Assembly: GCA_963618265.1 (NCBI GenBank)
Contig: CAVESB010000004.1
Location: 813 to 64,812, forward strand
Length of the DNA: 64,000 nucleotides
Reading direction: 5' to 3'
Source of the DNA: a bacterium
GTDB lineage: Bacteria; Chloroflexota; Anaerolineae; Anaerolineales; Anaerolineaceae
Positions 63,343-64,000 of the stretch are shown here, in pieces (position 1 is the stretch's first letter; every line of letters begins with the position of its first letter). The position numbers and the translations under genes are program-made. The notes under the pieces were generated by a model, which was not told where the DNA came from, did not search any database, and worked only from the letters and a program-made list of their open reading frames with translations.

Positions 63343-63373
63343 ATAAGGACAGGGTTCATCTCCCTGTCCTTAT
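63343..63373 (+). terminator. hairpin terminator after Liv operon C
   Basis: ATAAGGACAGGG-N7-CCCTGTCCTTAT followed by TGCTT (weak U-tract). Confidence 0.6.
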
Positions 63374-63419
63374 TGCTTAATTTGTGAACTCATGTTCGGA
63401 ATTTTGCGGTTTTTTCCTG

Positions 63420-63428
63420 TGGTATAAT
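63420..63428 (+). promoter_or_regulatory. extended -10 element TGgTATAAT
   Basis: Read directly, 46 nt upstream of ATG 63474. Confidence 0.55.
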
Positions 63429-63473
63429 ACGAGTGTTTTTGTATCGAAAAATCTCTGCGTGTTGGAGGCGGCT

Positions 63474-64000
63474 ATGTTGGAAGTGTATAAGAATCAGGAA
63501 CTGGATCTGCTGCGTTTGAACGAAATCGTTCCGAATTCATGGATCAATCTGACCTCCCCTTCGCAACAGGAAATTGAGACAGTCGCTGCGCTCGGAATTC
63601 CGCAGGATTTCCTCACCTATCCGCTGGATGTTGACGAACGTCCGCGTATTGAAGAAGAGGATGATGGCACAATCCTGCTCATTGTTCGTGTCGCAACGAA
63701 GCACGGTCAGGATTCCGACATACCTTACGGTACCGTTCCGCTCGGCATTATTCTTGCCGACAAATACATTGTCACCGTCTGCTCGCAGGAAACCACCGTA
63801 ATGCAAAACTTTGCCTCGGGCAAGGTCGCGAAGCTTTCGACGACCAAGCGTTACCGTTTTACGCTGCGCTTGCTGATGGCGTTCACGACCCGTTACCTTG
63901 ACTGCGTGCGTGAAATCAGTCAACTCACCGATAACCTTGAAGAAAAGCTGATCAATTCGCTGACTAATTCAGCCCTCCTGGAGCTGTTTAAATGCCAGAA
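63474..64000 (+). CDS. corA: CorA-family Mg/Co transporter, N-terminal part (3' end outside window)
   Basis: Not in the ORF track because it has no stop in the window. ATG 63474 has GGAGG upstream, and the frame stays open to nt 64000. Translation MLEVYKNQELDLLRLNEIVPNSWINLTSPSQQEIETVAALGIPQDFLTYPLDVDERPRIE... matches the cytoplasmic N-domain pattern of CorA-like proteins. Confidence 0.7.
   Translation, partial: MLEVYKNQELDLLRLNEIVPNSWINLTSPSQQEIETVAALGIPQDFLTYPLDVDERPRIEEEDDGTILLIVRVATKHGQDSDIPYGTVPLGIILADKYIVTVCSQETTVMQNFASGKVAKLSTTKRYRFTLRLLMAFTTRYLDCVREISQLTDNLEEKLINSLTNSALLELFKCQ

Noticed and set aside
1-64000. Mobile elements, prophage remnants, CRISPR arrays, tRNA/rRNA genes, and long direct or inverted repeats flanking the 11.9-37.8 kb accessory-looking block.
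   Set aside because: I recognised no transposase, integrase or recombinase motifs, no regularly spaced repeats, no tRNA-like T-arm sequences and no flanking repeats. The block's boundaries are ordinary promoters and terminators. A compositional (GC/codon) test could not be computed here.

Overview
All calls below come from reading the ORF translations and the DNA by eye. No database search, HMM or RNA-folding run was possible.

This is a gene-dense chromosomal segment of about 62 protein-coding genes. I recognised no rRNA, tRNA, CRISPR array, transposase, integrase or phage gene. Gene content and signals point to an anaerobic, amino-acid/peptide-fermenting Firmicutes (Clostridia-like) genome; this is an inference. 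The supporting signals are AGGAGG-type RBSs, extended -10 promoters, infC-rpmI-rplT and rpsT-serS blocks, indolepyruvate:ferredoxin oxidoreductase, an ADP-forming acyl-CoA synthetase, radical-SAM MtaB and a rubredoxin fusion.

Layout:
1. 1-11.6 kb: a 5'-truncated surface-protein gene, then a tightly packed minus-strand housekeeping operon. It encodes a SAM methyltransferase, proC, mtaB and a TGS-uridine-kinase-like protein, and ends in an unusual three-gene AddAB-like helicase/nuclease set.
2. 11.9-30.0 kb: an accessory-looking catabolic locus. It holds a MocR-type regulator and a roughly 15-kb operon with PPC/DUF296, RidA, PhzF-like, two divergent M24 proteins and an Opp/Dpp-type ABC importer. 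The importer genes are split by a four-gene cassette: a signal-peptide-less SBP5 paralog, a VOC protein, a NACHT-like NTPase fused to a non-catalytic FGE-sulfatase domain, and a MalY/PatB-type C-S lyase.
3. 30.4-37.8 kb: iorAB, an Asp/Glu/hydantoin racemase, an aminotransferase and an ADP-forming acyl-CoA synthetase, followed by a second VOC + PPC pair.
4. Three complete Liv-type (HAAT) ABC importers with four binding proteins, at 39.5-45.6, 48.2-52.8 and 58.6-63.3 kb. Between them lie infC-rpmI-rplT, a second racemase, pyrK-pyrD, a HAD phosphatase, serS, rpsT, a small membrane protein and a flavodoxin-rubredoxin fusion.
5. A 3'-truncated corA-like gene.

The best candidate for something undescribed is the STAND-NTPase/FGE-fold protein. 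It is translationally coupled to a C-S lyase and to ABC ATPase genes inside a split peptide-transporter operon. Supporting oddities are the two cytoplasmic SBP5 paralogs, the duplicated VOC+PPC modules, and a 17-bp box shared by the promoters of the two neighbouring operons.
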